Shown in pieces: positions 11,202-21,545 of a DNA stretch of 64,000 nucleotides (within the stretch, counting starts at the first letter, position 1; the number at the start of each line of letters is the position of its first letter). Made by a program: the position numbers and the translations under genes. The DNA lies in assembly GCA_965246715.1 (NCBI GenBank), contig CBDFFH010000005.1, positions 311,148 through 375,147 on the forward strand, in the 5' to 3' direction. The stretch is from Chamaesiphon sp. GTDB taxonomy: Bacteria; Cyanobacteriota; Cyanobacteriia; Cyanobacteriales; Chamaesiphonaceae. Under the pieces are notes generated by a model. It had not been told where the DNA came from and did not search any database. It saw only the letters and a program-made list of their open reading frames with translations.

Positions 11202-11257
11202 GTAGGGTGTGTTATCGCGTTCGCGTAGCGTCTGCCTTTGCAGAAGCGTAACGCACC
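11202..11257 (+). repeat. GTAG-type palindromic repeat carrying a nested short dispersed repeat
   Basis: GTAGGGTGTGTTATCGCG[TTCGCGTAGCGTCTGCCTTTGCAGA]AGCGTAACGCACC. Confidence 0.6.
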
Positions 11258-11293
11258 GAAGAGAATAGATCGCTATCTGTTAAATATAATTTT

Positions 11294-11893
11294 CTAGGGT
11301 TGAAACATCGAGCGAGTCAACCTCAATCCGCCAGCCCTAATCCCCATGGTGATATGCACTAAGATAAATAATAGAGAAATTGGCACAGTCAAAAAATGTA
11401 CCGTGCGTAAAACTTGCCAATTGATAAATAACCCAGATAGCCAATGAAATTGAGCGGGCTTATACATTGCCAATCCTGAGAAGATGGCTAGGATCAGCAC
11501 AGGGATAATTCCGGTATAAATCAAGCGATGCCAAGCATAGGTACGTCGCTTAGGATTTTGGGCGACCTTCAATGCTTTGAGATCTTGTTCGGAGACAAAT
11601 TTTCTTTTCCATCGCTGGGTGAGAAAGATATAAATCCCATAAATTAGTAAGGTAAAGGCAAACACCCACATGGTGGTAAAATGCCAATTTCTACCGCCAG
11701 CTAACCAACCGCCTAAAGTCGCCCACTTCGGAAAAGGCCAACCATCTTTACCGCCAAATACTGGCGTAGCATTGTAGATTTGTAAGCCACTACCAATCAT
11801 GATAAATAGACTGACAATAATTAAACCGTGGAGGATTTTAACAAAGTTTGTTTGTGGTGGAACGGGTGGAGATTTTTTAGCTTGTTTAGTCAT
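11294..11893 (-). CDS. Cytochrome b/b6-domain membrane protein, likely partner of the Mo enzyme
   Basis: Four TM segments with His ligands; SGLQIYNA, GGWLAGGRNWHF, GLAMYKP. Confidence 0.85.
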   Translation of the reverse strand: MTKQAKKSPPVPPQTNFVKILHGLIIVSLFIMIGSGLQIYNATPVFGGKDGWPFPKWATLGGWLAGGRNWHFTTMWVFAFTLLIYGIYIFLTQRWKRKFVSEQDLKALKVAQNPKRRTYAWHRLIYTGIIPVLILAIFSGLAMYKPAQFHWLSGLFINWQVLRTVHFLTVPISLLFILVHITMGIRAGGLRLTRSMFQP

Positions 11894-11924
11894 GGTAAAT
11901 ATCGATGATTGATGTTGCTCTAAT

Positions 11925-12617
11925 TTACAAAGGAAGTTTGGGAAACAAAGGAGCTAGCCATAATTGAAGTTCCACATCCCAACCGAGTAAGATGGCGATC
12001 GCGGTTCCTGCCATCAGTATCCCCCCGATCCGTTGAAATGCTCCGGCGTAGGGCAACAATCGCCGCGAAGAATTACTGAGGTGACGACTACTATAAGCGA
12101 TCGCCAACAGCGGAATTCCGGCTCCTAAGCCGTAGACAGTTAATAATGCCAGCGCACCCAAAACCTCATGTTTGACGGCTGCTAGGACTAAAATACTGCC
12201 CAATGCTGGCCCCGCACAGGGTGTCCAGAGTAGTCCCAATTGAGTACCGATCCAGAATTCACTCCATAAGCCTGGTGTCTTTGGTTCCCAAGATTTACCG
12301 AATTGTAAAGAGCTGCTCAATCGGTAGCTCAAGGTAGGGAAAATTGCTAATACCCCCAAGCCAAATAGTAAGCCTACCGCCACATTCCGCAACAAGTTGG
12401 CAAAACCGACAAACCAGGAACTCGCCACTCCTAACAGGCTACCGATTAGCGCGAAACCGCTCACTAATCCCAATACCAACATGACAGGGCCGAGTCGATG
12501 CGATTTGAACGATCGACCCAATACTAATGGTATAACTGGCAAGACGCAGGGGGACAGAATAGTTAACAATCCGCCACCGAGAGCGAAACCGAAGGTGAGG
12601 GGTGAAATTTCATTCAT
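11925..12617 (-). CDS. CcdA/DsbD-type transmembrane electron transporter
   Basis: ILSPCVLPVIP and WTPCAGPALG motifs. Confidence 0.9.
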   Translation of the reverse strand: MNEISPLTFGFALGGGLLTILSPCVLPVIPLVLGRSFKSHRLGPVMLVLGLVSGFALIGSLLGVASSWFVGFANLLRNVAVGLLFGLGVLAIFPTLSYRLSSSLQFGKSWEPKTPGLWSEFWIGTQLGLLWTPCAGPALGSILVLAAVKHEVLGALALLTVYGLGAGIPLLAIAYSSRHLSNSSRRLLPYAGAFQRIGGILMAGTAIAILLGWDVELQLWLAPLFPKLPL

Positions 12618-13186
12618 GCTGCCCGCCCTAATAATTGCCGAATCTTCGCTTCAGTTTCGTCATAAGCTCCCTCGCCAATATGGTCGTAACGAATGATGCC
12701 CTGCCGATCTGCTAAAAATAAATGCGGCCAATATTCGTTCTTAAATGCTTTCCAAGTTTGGAAGTCATTATCTACGCCGACAGGGTAAGTAATCCCGTGT
12801 TTGGCGATCGCGCGGCGAATATTTTTACTATCCCGCTCGAACGGAAATTCTGGCGTATGAATCCCGATCGTCTGTAAGCCTTTAGCAGCATACTTTTTAT
12901 GCCAACTGGTAACGTAGGGTAATGTGCGTTGACAATTAATGCAGCCGAGCGTCCAAATTTGGACTAAAACAACTTTACCGAGTAAATCTTTGGTCGTTAG
13001 TGGTGATGAATTCATCCATTCACTAATGCCTTGAAATTCTGGTAATTGGTTCGCAGAGGTGGCTATGTCTCCAGGTGTGACTATCGGTGATGTGGATGGA
13101 CGGCTGGCGAAGCTAGCGGCTTGCCAACCGAGTGTTCCCAATCCCAGATAAGTTAAAAATTTCCGACGGGGTAATGATAAAGGCAT
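12614..13186 (-). CDS. Exported thioredoxin-like redoxin (DipZ C-terminal type)
   Basis: WTLGCINC, GIHTPEF, HIGEGAY; Tat RRKFL; 4-bp overlap with ccdA. Confidence 0.88.
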   Translation of the reverse strand: MPLSLPRRKFLTYLGLGTLGWQAASFASRPSTSPIVTPGDIATSANQLPEFQGISEWMNSSPLTTKDLLGKVVLVQIWTLGCINCQRTLPYVTSWHKKYAAKGLQTIGIHTPEFPFERDSKNIRRAIAKHGITYPVGVDNDFQTWKAFKNEYWPHLFLADRQGIIRYDHIGEGAYDETEAKIRQLLGRAA

Positions 13187-13345
13187 AATTTCAATTAGTT
13201 AGGTTGATATCTTTAATACAGGCTCGATCGACAATTGGATTTAGTTCAAGCTATAAAATCTACAAACTTTGATAGTTTTTTAATTAAATCTACTTATCAA
13301 TTGCTGTTTGTATAATCTAAAAATAATGTGTGAAAAGATCGCTGC

Positions 13346-14407
13346 TTAGATTCCTTTAAATCCCATTCTTGCTTCGACATCATGTTTGCGCTCGATCGAG
13401 TTAACTCGCTTATTTTCTAGCCGAGCGGTACGGATCTTAATCCCTACTTGACCTAAAACTAGACCGATTAAAATGATAATCCCCCCGATATATTGAGCGC
13501 GAGTCGGTACTTCATCCAGAATGAAATAGGCAGCAAGAATGCCCACGACTGGCGTAAAGGCACCAACTATCGAGACAGTGGCGATCGAGGAATGCCGCAG
13601 CCCAGCATTCCACAATGATTGCCCCACAACGACAATAATCGTGCCGTACAAGAGCATCCATTGCCACAGAAATGGCGATAACACGCCCATAAAATGGTTG
13701 GGGCCATACATCCACAAAGCCAAGCAGAAAAAGACGATCGTGCCCAGTCCCGTGCGCCCAGTATTGTAAACGCCTAGCGGTACTCGCGCTAACCACTTTT
13801 TGGTCGCAATTGTCGCGATCGATAAAAAGACCGCAGCAAGAGTTGCTACTAGTTCACCCGATCCAGGATGAGAACCAGATGCTGGCATCATTTGAGCTTT
13901 AGCAGGCTGAAGGATGACGGTGAGGACGACACCGACAAAGGCCACGCTCGATCCGATGACTTCCCAACGGTTGACTTTTTCCCGTAACAGCCAGATCGAC
14001 AAGAACAGGGTCAATGGCGGTTCCAAGCGACCGATTAGTAATACAGTCGTCACCGAAGTTAGCGATAGTGCTTCAAAGATGAAACTCGGCCCTAATGCTG
14101 TTGCTAAGGTGGCGACAAGTAGCAATCCCAACCATTCCTGCGGCGATATTTGGCTCAGGGTCTGACGGTTCAACTGATCTCGATTGAGCGGGACTAGCAC
14201 CAATAGCGCGCAGAGATTGCCGACAAACAGGACATTACAGTAAGAAATCGGATTGTGCCCGCCGACGAAATGCTGGGCACCAATTTCGGTAATCTTTCGC
14301 GTAACGGCACTAGCAGAGCCGAAGATCGGGATCGCCAACCACAGATAGATGTGTCCGGGGATGCGCGAGGTTAAGTTCGTCAGTTGTTGGGGGAATGAGG
14401 GCATCAT
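13346..14407 (-). CDS. DMT/EamA family transporter
   Basis: About 10 TM segments in two EamA repeats (LLREK, FILDEVP). Confidence 0.88.
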   Translation of the reverse strand: MMPSFPQQLTNLTSRIPGHIYLWLAIPIFGSASAVTRKITEIGAQHFVGGHNPISYCNVLFVGNLCALLVLVPLNRDQLNRQTLSQISPQEWLGLLLVATLATALGPSFIFEALSLTSVTTVLLIGRLEPPLTLFLSIWLLREKVNRWEVIGSSVAFVGVVLTVILQPAKAQMMPASGSHPGSGELVATLAAVFLSIATIATKKWLARVPLGVYNTGRTGLGTIVFFCLALWMYGPNHFMGVLSPFLWQWMLLYGTIIVVVGQSLWNAGLRHSSIATVSIVGAFTPVVGILAAYFILDEVPTRAQYIGGIIILIGLVLGQVGIKIRTARLENKRVNSIERKHDVEARMGFKGI

Positions 14408-14507
14408 GAATATGAGGGATAAGGCTCGAATCGTTGGCGCAGCCTCTGGGAACGAGAATCGCTAACCGATCTGAATTGCCAGCATACCCAGATTCTAAAC
14501 TTACAAT

Positions 14508-14526
14508 CTGAGTTTCTCCTGAGAAA
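14508..14526 (-). promoter_or_regulatory. TCTCAG-N5-ACTCAG box upstream of the DMT gene
   Basis: Minus strand TTTCTCAGGAGAAACTCAG versus TTTCTCATGAGAAACTCAG at 1643-1661. Confidence 0.65.
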
Positions 14527-14578
14527 GCGATTAATAATTAGGTTTCAAAATTTATCCTAATTTCTCAGTCGATATTTA

Positions 14579-15595
14579 CAGCACTTCCGTTAGTCATGAG
14601 GTACGCCAAAAGATAGTAAAGATACATTCAATAATGAAAGCATTTTCAGTCGATCTTCGAGAAAAAATAGTTGCGGCACATCTCGATCGCCATCACTCAA
14701 TTAGAGCGGTTGCTAGCATATTTACTGTTAGCAAAAGCTTTGTCCAAAAGCTAGTCAGACAACATAAGCTTGAAGGAAACTTACAGCCTAAAAAGCCAGG
14801 TAAACCACGATTAAGTTACCTGACAAATGCTGAAGTAGAGTTAAGAGAATTAGTTGCCGAACATCCCGATGCAACTTTGGCTGAACTGTGTGAATTTTTC
14901 GCTGATAAAACTGGCAATTGGGTTGGTCGAAGTGCCATGAGTGACGCATTACGAAAATTAGGCTTAAGTCGTAAAAAAAAACGGAAAGGAGCACCCAAGC
15001 TACAACAGAAAGAGTCCTAAATTTGAGAGTAGATTATTGGGAATCGGTTAAAAATATCGACGTGAAAAACTTAGTGTTTTTAGATGAAACTGGTATTCTG
15101 CTTGGTTTAGCCAGAACTCATGCTCGGTCACAGCGGGGAACAAGAGCATATACTTTTACCCCATTCTATCGAGGTGCAAAAGTTACCGCTATCGGCGCAA
15201 TTAGCATTGAAAAAGTTGTAGCATTGATGACAATGGATAATTCAATGGATAGTAGAGCTTTTGAATTATTTGTTAAGGATTTTCTAGTGCCGGAGCTATG
15301 GCCAGGTGCCGTTGTCGTAATGGATAATTTATCCTCACACAAATTCGATTCCATTATCCCAATGATTGAAGCTGTCGGTGCTTCTGTTATTTTCCTCTCC
15401 CCATACTCACCTGATTTTAACCCAATTGAGTTATGGTGGTCACAGCTCAAGTCTTTTTTACGAATGTTTTCACCTGCTACGACAATTATGGTGGATAGAA
15501 TAATTTCACTTGCAATTGGGTTAATCGATCCTCAACATCTCAGAAATTGGTTTACTAATTGCTGCTATTGTACCTCGTAACAACCGGAAGTGCCG
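14579..15595 (+). mobile_element. IS630-family insertion sequence (1017 bp)
   Basis: IRs CAGCACTTCCGTTAGTCATGAGGTAC and (reverse complement) CGGCACTTCCGGTTGTTACGAGGTAC, each flanked by TA. Confidence 0.93.
14634..15580 (+). CDS. IS630 transposase in two frames, joined at A9 run 14973-14981
   Basis: MKAFSVDLREK HTH; VFLDET, VMDNLSSH, PYSPDFNPIE DDE motifs. Confidence 0.9.
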
Positions 15596-15796
15596 TATCG
15601 CTCGATCGTTCATGAGCAAAAGAGAACAGACATACCGATCGCCGTTCAGTGAGATTAGTTACGATCGAGATTTAGTATTTCTCAGCAAAAATTAATCTTG
15701 CTATTAGCGTCGTCTCATAACGCGATCGAGTCTTTCGATTACAGTGAAAGAATAACTATAAAACTGCATGAAGTAACGGTTCCCCCAAATTTTCCA

Positions 15797-17218
15797 ATGA
15801 AACCCTTCGCTAAACTCCAGGAGAGATTCCATCAAATCAAGCAGCGGCATCTCGACCCAGCTTCACTCCAGTTTCGACTCACTCTCGAAGTATCGCTGTT
15901 GTCAATCCTCGGGTTGAGTAGCGTTGCCGCTTGGACGAGTTGGAAAATGCAGCAACTTTTAATTACCACGCATACTCAGCAAGTCGAGTACATTGCCAAT
16001 CGGTTTCCGCGCGATGTCGAACTTTATAGCGGTATGCTGCCAGTTAACGAGGGACTACAAAAAACAATCGATAATGTCTCGGTACCAGGATTAGCAATCT
16101 GGGTCAAAAATCCCGATGGCCAACAGATTCTGGCACAGTCGAGTAAAGTGAGTGCCGAATTGATGTCGATCGCCCAGATGCCACTCCAGCCGCAGGTTTA
16201 TCGAGTTGGAGATCGCTATCTAATTTTGTATCGAGGGGATCTAACGGCCAAAAATCAGCCGCTGGGTAAGGTGTACATGTCACAGGATGTCACTACCGAG
16301 CAATACCAACTAATTACCGCCATTCAAGGTCTCACTGCCGTTTGTATTTTAGCAACCCTCTTTACTATCCTGGCGATCGCCATCCGGATTCGCCGTTCGC
16401 TCCAACCTTTGCAGGAGATGAGTCAGATGGCGGGGGCGATTTCTGCCGCAGATCTAAATAACGCGCAATTGCAATTGAATAACGCTCCAACTGAAGTTAA
16501 GGAGTTAGCCCAAGCTTTTAATCTCATGCTGTCGCGGTTGGGGGATACTTGGGAGCAACAACGGCAGTTTATCGGTAATATTTCCCATGAGTTACGCACG
16601 CCATTAACAGTGGTATCGGGCTATCTTCAGAGCTTATTACGTCGGGGTAATAACCTCAATGATTACCAACGCGAAGCCCTCGAAACAGCCGGAGCCGAAG
16701 CAGATCGTACCATCAATCTACTGCAAGATTTACTAGATTTGGCACGAGCGGATAGTGGTTATACTCGTTATCATTTAGAACCGTTATTGTTGAACGAATT
16801 AGTGACAGAAGTAGTCGATATGACCGCAAGATTTGGCGAGCGATCGATTCAAGTTGTCGCAACAGAAAATGTTGAAGCGATCGTCGATCGCGAGCGATTG
16901 AAACAGGTATTAATCAATCTCTTAGATAATGCGATTAAATATTCAACAGCAACACAACCGATCGATTTGATTATCGAACAACACGATAAACAGGCAATTA
17001 TTCGCATTCGCGATCGCGGAATTGGGATTCCGCTGCAAGATCGGGGGCGGATTTTTGAACGCTTTTATCGAGTCGATAAAGATCGCGCCCGCACGACTGG
17101 CGGCTATGGATTGGGATTGGCGATCGTCAAAACACTCGTAGAAGGGATGGGTGGTAAAATTATGGTGCGTTCGACAGTAGGTGAAGGGAGCGAGTTTACG
17201 ATCGCCTTCCCTAAATGA
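15797..17218 (+). CDS. Membrane HAMP sensor histidine kinase (OmpR-partner type)
   Basis: Two TMs, HAMP, SHELRTPLT, NLLDNAIKYS, GYGLGLAIV; ATG 15797 preferred over TTG 15698. Confidence 0.92.
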   Translation: MKPFAKLQERFHQIKQRHLDPASLQFRLTLEVSLLSILGLSSVAAWTSWKMQQLLITTHTQQVEYIANRFPRDVELYSGMLPVNEGLQKTIDNVSVPGLAIWVKNPDGQQILAQSSKVSAELMSIAQMPLQPQVYRVGDRYLILYRGDLTAKNQPLGKVYMSQDVTTEQYQLITAIQGLTAVCILATLFTILAIAIRIRRSLQPLQEMSQMAGAISAADLNNAQLQLNNAPTEVKELAQAFNLMLSRLGDTWEQQRQFIGNISHELRTPLTVVSGYLQSLLRRGNNLNDYQREALETAGAEADRTINLLQDLLDLARADSGYTRYHLEPLLLNELVTEVVDMTARFGERSIQVVATENVEAIVDRERLKQVLINLLDNAIKYSTATQPIDLIIEQHDKQAIIRIRDRGIGIPLQDRGRIFERFYRVDKDRARTTGGYGLGLAIVKTLVEGMGGKIMVRSTVGEGSEFTIAFPK

Positions 17219-17278
17219 AACCTCAATGGTGGGAAAATACTAATTCTTTATAATCGATCGTTTTGGAGTAGAGAAACA

Positions 17279-19381
17279 GTGCTGGATCGATTGTTAGTAA
17301 AATTGATGACGAGCGCGATTGAAGATGCTGGCGTACAAAGAGGTTGTCTATTATTAGATGTCGATCGTCGATTAGAAATAGTCGCCACGATCGAGTCGCA
17401 GACCATCTCAATTTTACCTGCGATTACCTTTGATAGTGAAGTTGGTAGAGGTTTAGTTTCATTAGCAATCGTCAATTATGTAGCGAATACTCAGGAAAAC
17501 ATTATCATCGATTGCACACACCAAGACAGTTTATTTAACCAGGATACTTATATTCTCGATCGGCAACCGCAGTCAATTCTATGTGTACCATTAATTACTA
17601 AAGGTCAACGCGTTGGCATTCTCTATTTAGAAAACTTTTCGACTGCTACCTTTACGACCCAACGGTTAGAAATTCTCCAATTTCTCTTCACCCAAGCAGC
17701 GATTTCCCTCGACGGTACTCAAATCCACCACCAGCTAGAGTTGGATGCGGGCGAAAGCAACAGCAACAGCCAACTAACCCAGGCAAACGACAGGCTTCAG
17801 GCCGAAATCTTAGAACGTCAAAAATCCGAGCAAATCCTCAGATCGATCGTTGCAGGAACAGTCTCAGTTACAGGTGTGGACTTCTTTCGTTCGCTCGTCC
17901 GTTCGCTAGCACAAGCTTTAGGCGTTCGCTACGCCTTCATCAGCGAATGTATGGATGCGCCGCCTACCCGTGGTCGTAGCTTTGCCTTTTGGCAGGGCAA
18001 TGAATTTGGGGAGGAGTTTGAATATACTTTCCACGGTACGCCCTGCGAGCGGATTATTGAGAGTAAAAGCTATCAATGTTTTCCCGCCCAGATCCAAGCT
18101 CTATTCCCTGAAGAAAAAGATGAACTTGAGGCGATGGCAGCCCAAAGTTATGCCGGAATCCCGTTGCTAACTTCGACGGGCGAGCTGTTGGGACACTTAG
18201 CAGTACTCGATGACCAGCCGATGGCATCTGATGATGCACCGCACCAGACGCTCCGCGAACGCGATCGGGCGATTCTGGAAATCTTTGCGGCGCGGGCGGC
18301 GGCGGAGATGGAACGCTTACAGGTAGAAGACGAGCTGCGAGTTTCGGAAACCAAGTTTGCGACTGCTTTTCGGGCTTCACCAGATGCGATCGCCATTAGC
18401 AATCTCCATGATGGTACTTACATCGAAATCAACGATCGCTGCTTGCAGATGTTGGGCTATTCTCGTGCTGAGACGATCGGGCATAGCGATCTGGATTTGG
18501 CGATTTGGGCACATCCAGCCGAGCGGATGGCGATCGCCAAACAGTTACAAGAGCGGGGAACAGTCAGCAATCTAGAGGTGTGGTTGCGCCGCAAGTCGGG
18601 TGAAATTTTCCCCGCACTGTTGTCGGCTGAAGCCATCGACTTAGAGGGTGAGTCCTGCTTGTTGGCAGTGGCTTCGGACATTACACTGCTCAAGCAAGCC
18701 GAAAAAGCGGTGCTCAGACTGGCCGAAATTGGCGAACTAGCAGCCACGATCGTTCATGAGGTACGAAATCCCTTAACTACAATTTTGATGGGCTTAAATG
18801 CCTTTAAAAAGCTGGAACTTTCCGAACGGTTTCAAGAATATCTCACCTTGTCTCTAGACGAAGCCAATCGATTACAACGGCTGCTGAATCAGATTTTACT
18901 TTACGCCAAACCGCAAACACTCGATCGATCTGAGCTAGAGCTAAATAGCTTCATTACCGAGATGTTAAATACCTTGCAAACCGCCCCTGTTGCGATTGGC
19001 AAACCGCTCAATTTTATCGCGATGCGATCGCCTGTAACTGTATCAGTCGATCGCGATAAATTGAAGCAGGTTTTAATCAATTTAGTCACTAATGCTTGCG
19101 AAGCAGTAAGTATCGGCGATCCGATTAGCATTCATATTAGGGAAAGTGGAGCTAGTCGAATTTGCATTCAAATTCATAATGGTGGTGTGCCGATTCCTAC
19201 CGATCTTTTGCCACACCTTACTAAGCCATTTTTTACTACTAAAGCCAGTGGCACGGGATTGGGTTTGGCGATCGTCAAACGGATTGTCGAAGCTCACGAG
19301 GGGGAGTTGGGGATTGAGTCGGGAGAGGGGATTGGCTCGATCGTCAAAGTGCATCTGCCGTTGGTGGCATATAATTATTAG
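17279..19381 (+). CDS. GAF-GAF-PAS histidine kinase
   Basis: QSILCVPL...ILYLEN GAF, second GAF, PAS, HEVRNPL, GTGLGLAIV; start uncertain and possibly an N-truncated relic of a larger kinase. Confidence 0.85.
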   Translation: MLDRLLVKLMTSAIEDAGVQRGCLLLDVDRRLEIVATIESQTISILPAITFDSEVGRGLVSLAIVNYVANTQENIIIDCTHQDSLFNQDTYILDRQPQSILCVPLITKGQRVGILYLENFSTATFTTQRLEILQFLFTQAAISLDGTQIHHQLELDAGESNSNSQLTQANDRLQAEILERQKSEQILRSIVAGTVSVTGVDFFRSLVRSLAQALGVRYAFISECMDAPPTRGRSFAFWQGNEFGEEFEYTFHGTPCERIIESKSYQCFPAQIQALFPEEKDELEAMAAQSYAGIPLLTSTGELLGHLAVLDDQPMASDDAPHQTLRERDRAILEIFAARAAAEMERLQVEDELRVSETKFATAFRASPDAIAISNLHDGTYIEINDRCLQMLGYSRAETIGHSDLDLAIWAHPAERMAIAKQLQERGTVSNLEVWLRRKSGEIFPALLSAEAIDLEGESCLLAVASDITLLKQAEKAVLRLAEIGELAATIVHEVRNPLTTILMGLNAFKKLELSERFQEYLTLSLDEANRLQRLLNQILLYAKPQTLDRSELELNSFITEMLNTLQTAPVAIGKPLNFIAMRSPVTVSVDRDKLKQVLINLVTNACEAVSIGDPISIHIRESGASRICIQIHNGGVPIPTDLLPHLTKPFFTTKASGTGLGLAIVKRIVEAHEGELGIESGEGIGSIVKVHLPLVAYNY

Positions 19382-19493
19382 CTAACGATTGGCATAGGAC
19401 CACCTTGTCGTTGGCGTAGCCTACCGTAGGTAATCGATTCCAAATACATAGCCCGATCGCTCTTATACTCCATCGGCTCGTTGAGTTTAACCT

Positions 19494-20135
19494 ATGAAAT
19501 TGATTTCCGTCTGTGTCGGATTGCCACGCGAAGTAACCTGGAAAGGAAAGCCTGTCACTACTGGTATTTTTAAGCAGCCAACGAACGGACGGGTGATGAT
19601 GCGATCGCTCAATCTCGATGGCGATCGACAGGCAGATTTAACCGTTCACGGCGGTGTCGAGAAAGCCGTTTACGCTTATCCAATGGAGCATTATGCTTAC
19701 TGGCGGCAAGAGCTACCGGATGAAGAGTTTCCCTGGGGCGCGTTTGGCGAAAACCTGACGATCGAGGGCTTGTCAGAAACGAGCGTAAATATTGGCGATC
19801 GCTTTCGGATCGGCACTGCCGAACTAATGGTGACACAGCCCCGGTTCCCTTGCTTCAAACTCAATCTCAAGTTCGGGCGCGATGATATGGTCAAACGGTT
19901 TCTGAACAGTCGTTTGAGCGGTATTTACTTTTCAGTGGTACGAGAAGGTGAGGTTGGGGTGGGCGATGCGATCGAACTGGTGAGCCGCGATGAAAACAAT
20001 ATTACTGTTGCTGACATCGTTAAAATTTATGTGCGGGAGGCTAATGATGATTTGGTGCGCCGTGCGATTCAGGTGACAGCTTTGGCGGAAAGTTTGAAGA
20101 CGTACTTCCAGCAGCAAATCGAACAACGCCATTAA
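19494..20135 (+). CDS. MOSC domain protein (YiiM-like)
   Basis: DRQADLTVHGG, FGENLT, QPRFPCFKL. Confidence 0.92.
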   Translation: MKLISVCVGLPREVTWKGKPVTTGIFKQPTNGRVMMRSLNLDGDRQADLTVHGGVEKAVYAYPMEHYAYWRQELPDEEFPWGAFGENLTIEGLSETSVNIGDRFRIGTAELMVTQPRFPCFKLNLKFGRDDMVKRFLNSRLSGIYFSVVREGEVGVGDAIELVSRDENNITVADIVKIYVREANDDLVRRAIQVTALAESLKTYFQQQIEQRH

Positions 20136-20163
20136 GCTATTGGTGACTAAAGCAAGCAAAATA

Positions 20164-20290
20164 GGTTTGGGTTTAGCGTTGGCGGAGCCTACCGGAGGTA
20201 ATCGTCAAACGGATTGTCGAAGCTCACGATGGGGAGTTGCGGATTGAGTCGGGTGAGGCGATTGGCTCGATCGTCACAGTTCAACTGCCG
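20164..20290 (+). repeat. Diverged direct duplicate of the 3' end of the GAF-PAS kinase (about 19256-19360)
   Basis: ATCGTCAAACGGATTGTCGAAGCTCACGA...GATTGGCTCGATCGTCA shared by both copies. Confidence 0.9.
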
Positions 20291-20872
20291 CTATGATACT
20301 AATAAAGCTTTGATATGCCGCCGCACGAGGTATTGTTGCTGCTTTGGATCGAATTGCTCAGGGTAAATGACAACTCCAGTGCCGATACCATCGACAAGGG
20401 CGATGAGTCCATTGGCTTCGAGAGTTAAATTGAGATCGGCTCTAATCAGCTTGGCTGCTTGTAAACTAGCTAATTCTTGACAAATAATCTGCCGTAATAC
20501 GTCATAGCGTTTTCGGTGTTCCCGAACTAGTCGTTCGCGCCCGATCGAATAGCCCAAAAATGCCAACCAAACTTTCCACTCGTCTCGATCGATGTTCTCT
20601 AGTGGTAGAGCGACAAAAAGCATCTGCTCTAATCTTTCAATTCCCTGCTGTCCATTGGTGCAGGCTTTCATTTGCGCTGCAACGTTTTCAAACACTTGTT
20701 CTAGCGCAAACAGAGTGAGTTCTTCTTTATCTCGAAAGTAGTGAGTGACAACTCCAGTCGAGGAGCCAAGTTCTTGCGCGATCGCCCGCATACTAGTGCG
20801 ATCCAATCCTTCCCTGACAATCACCCGCCATGCCGCTTGAGCGACCTCAATCCGGCGATCGTCATAACTCAT
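20291..20872 (-). CDS. TetR/BetI-family regulator
   Basis: GLDRTSMRAIAQELGSSTGVVTHYFRDKEEL. Confidence 0.93.
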   Translation of the reverse strand: MSYDDRRIEVAQAAWRVIVREGLDRTSMRAIAQELGSSTGVVTHYFRDKEELTLFALEQVFENVAAQMKACTNGQQGIERLEQMLFVALPLENIDRDEWKVWLAFLGYSIGRERLVREHRKRYDVLRQIICQELASLQAAKLIRADLNLTLEANGLIALVDGIGTGVVIYPEQFDPKQQQYLVRRHIKALLVS

Positions 20873-20909
20873 GGCTTTCCTTGGTTTGCTTTAGCATGAA
20901 ACAATTACC

Positions 20910-20965
20910 TTGACATTTTATCATAACAGTTGTTATGATGTCTGAAAAACATAACAACTGTTGTG
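20910..20965 (+). promoter_or_regulatory. Sigma70-like promoter overlapped by tandem TetR-type operators
   Basis: TTGACA 20910, TATGAT 20934; palindrome ATCATAACA-GT-TGTTATGAT 20920-20939; second copy CATAACAACTGTTGTG 20950-20965. Confidence 0.75.
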
Positions 20966-21460
20966 ATAAGAACGGGATTTAATATGATTAGATTAACCAC
21001 GCTAGATGACACAACTGCGTCGATAGCTTTAGCCGCAGCGAGTGGTTTGTTCGAGCCAAGCCAAACAGACGATCTCGCTCAAATGCTCGCTCGACACTTC
21101 AGCGATAAAAATGAAACCCAAGACATCTGGTTGACCGATTACGACAATGAGCCAGTAGGGATAGCATACATCGCGCCAGAACGAATGACAGAGGGGACAT
21201 GGAACTTGTATCTAATCGCTGTCCATCCTAATTATCAGAAAAAAGGGCGCGGAAAGGCTTTGCTTCGGCACGTCGAGCAGATGCTGGCGGAACGCGGGGA
21301 ACGTATATTACTAGTAGAAACATCTGGAACAGAGGACTTTGAGTACGTTCGGGACTTCTACCGCAAGAGTGGTTATGAGGAAGAAGCACGAATCCGTGAA
21401 TTCTACGCTGCTGGAGTTGACAAGATCGTTTTTCGCAAAGCCCTAATCTCGGCAGTCTAG
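20963..21460 (+). CDS. GNAT family N-acetyltransferase
   Basis: IAVHPNYQKKGRGKALL, FYRKSGY; real start may be the later ATG (MIRLTT). Confidence 0.9.
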   Translation: MIRTGFNMIRLTTLDDTTASIALAAASGLFEPSQTDDLAQMLARHFSDKNETQDIWLTDYDNEPVGIAYIAPERMTEGTWNLYLIAVHPNYQKKGRGKALLRHVEQMLAERGERILLVETSGTEDFEYVRDFYRKSGYEEEARIREFYAAGVDKIVFRKALISAV

Positions 21461-21545
21461 TACGGTGGGTATTATTTTAGTCTCCATCCAATCGCTCCTA
21501 CTGCCAATTCCTGCCACGATCGCAATTATCACATTTACCAACATA

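Noticed and set aside
17215..17253. Short ORF overlapping the HAMP kinase stop as a coupled start for the GAF kinase
   Set aside because: It is out of frame with 17279 and stops after 12 codons; cannot be supported without homologues
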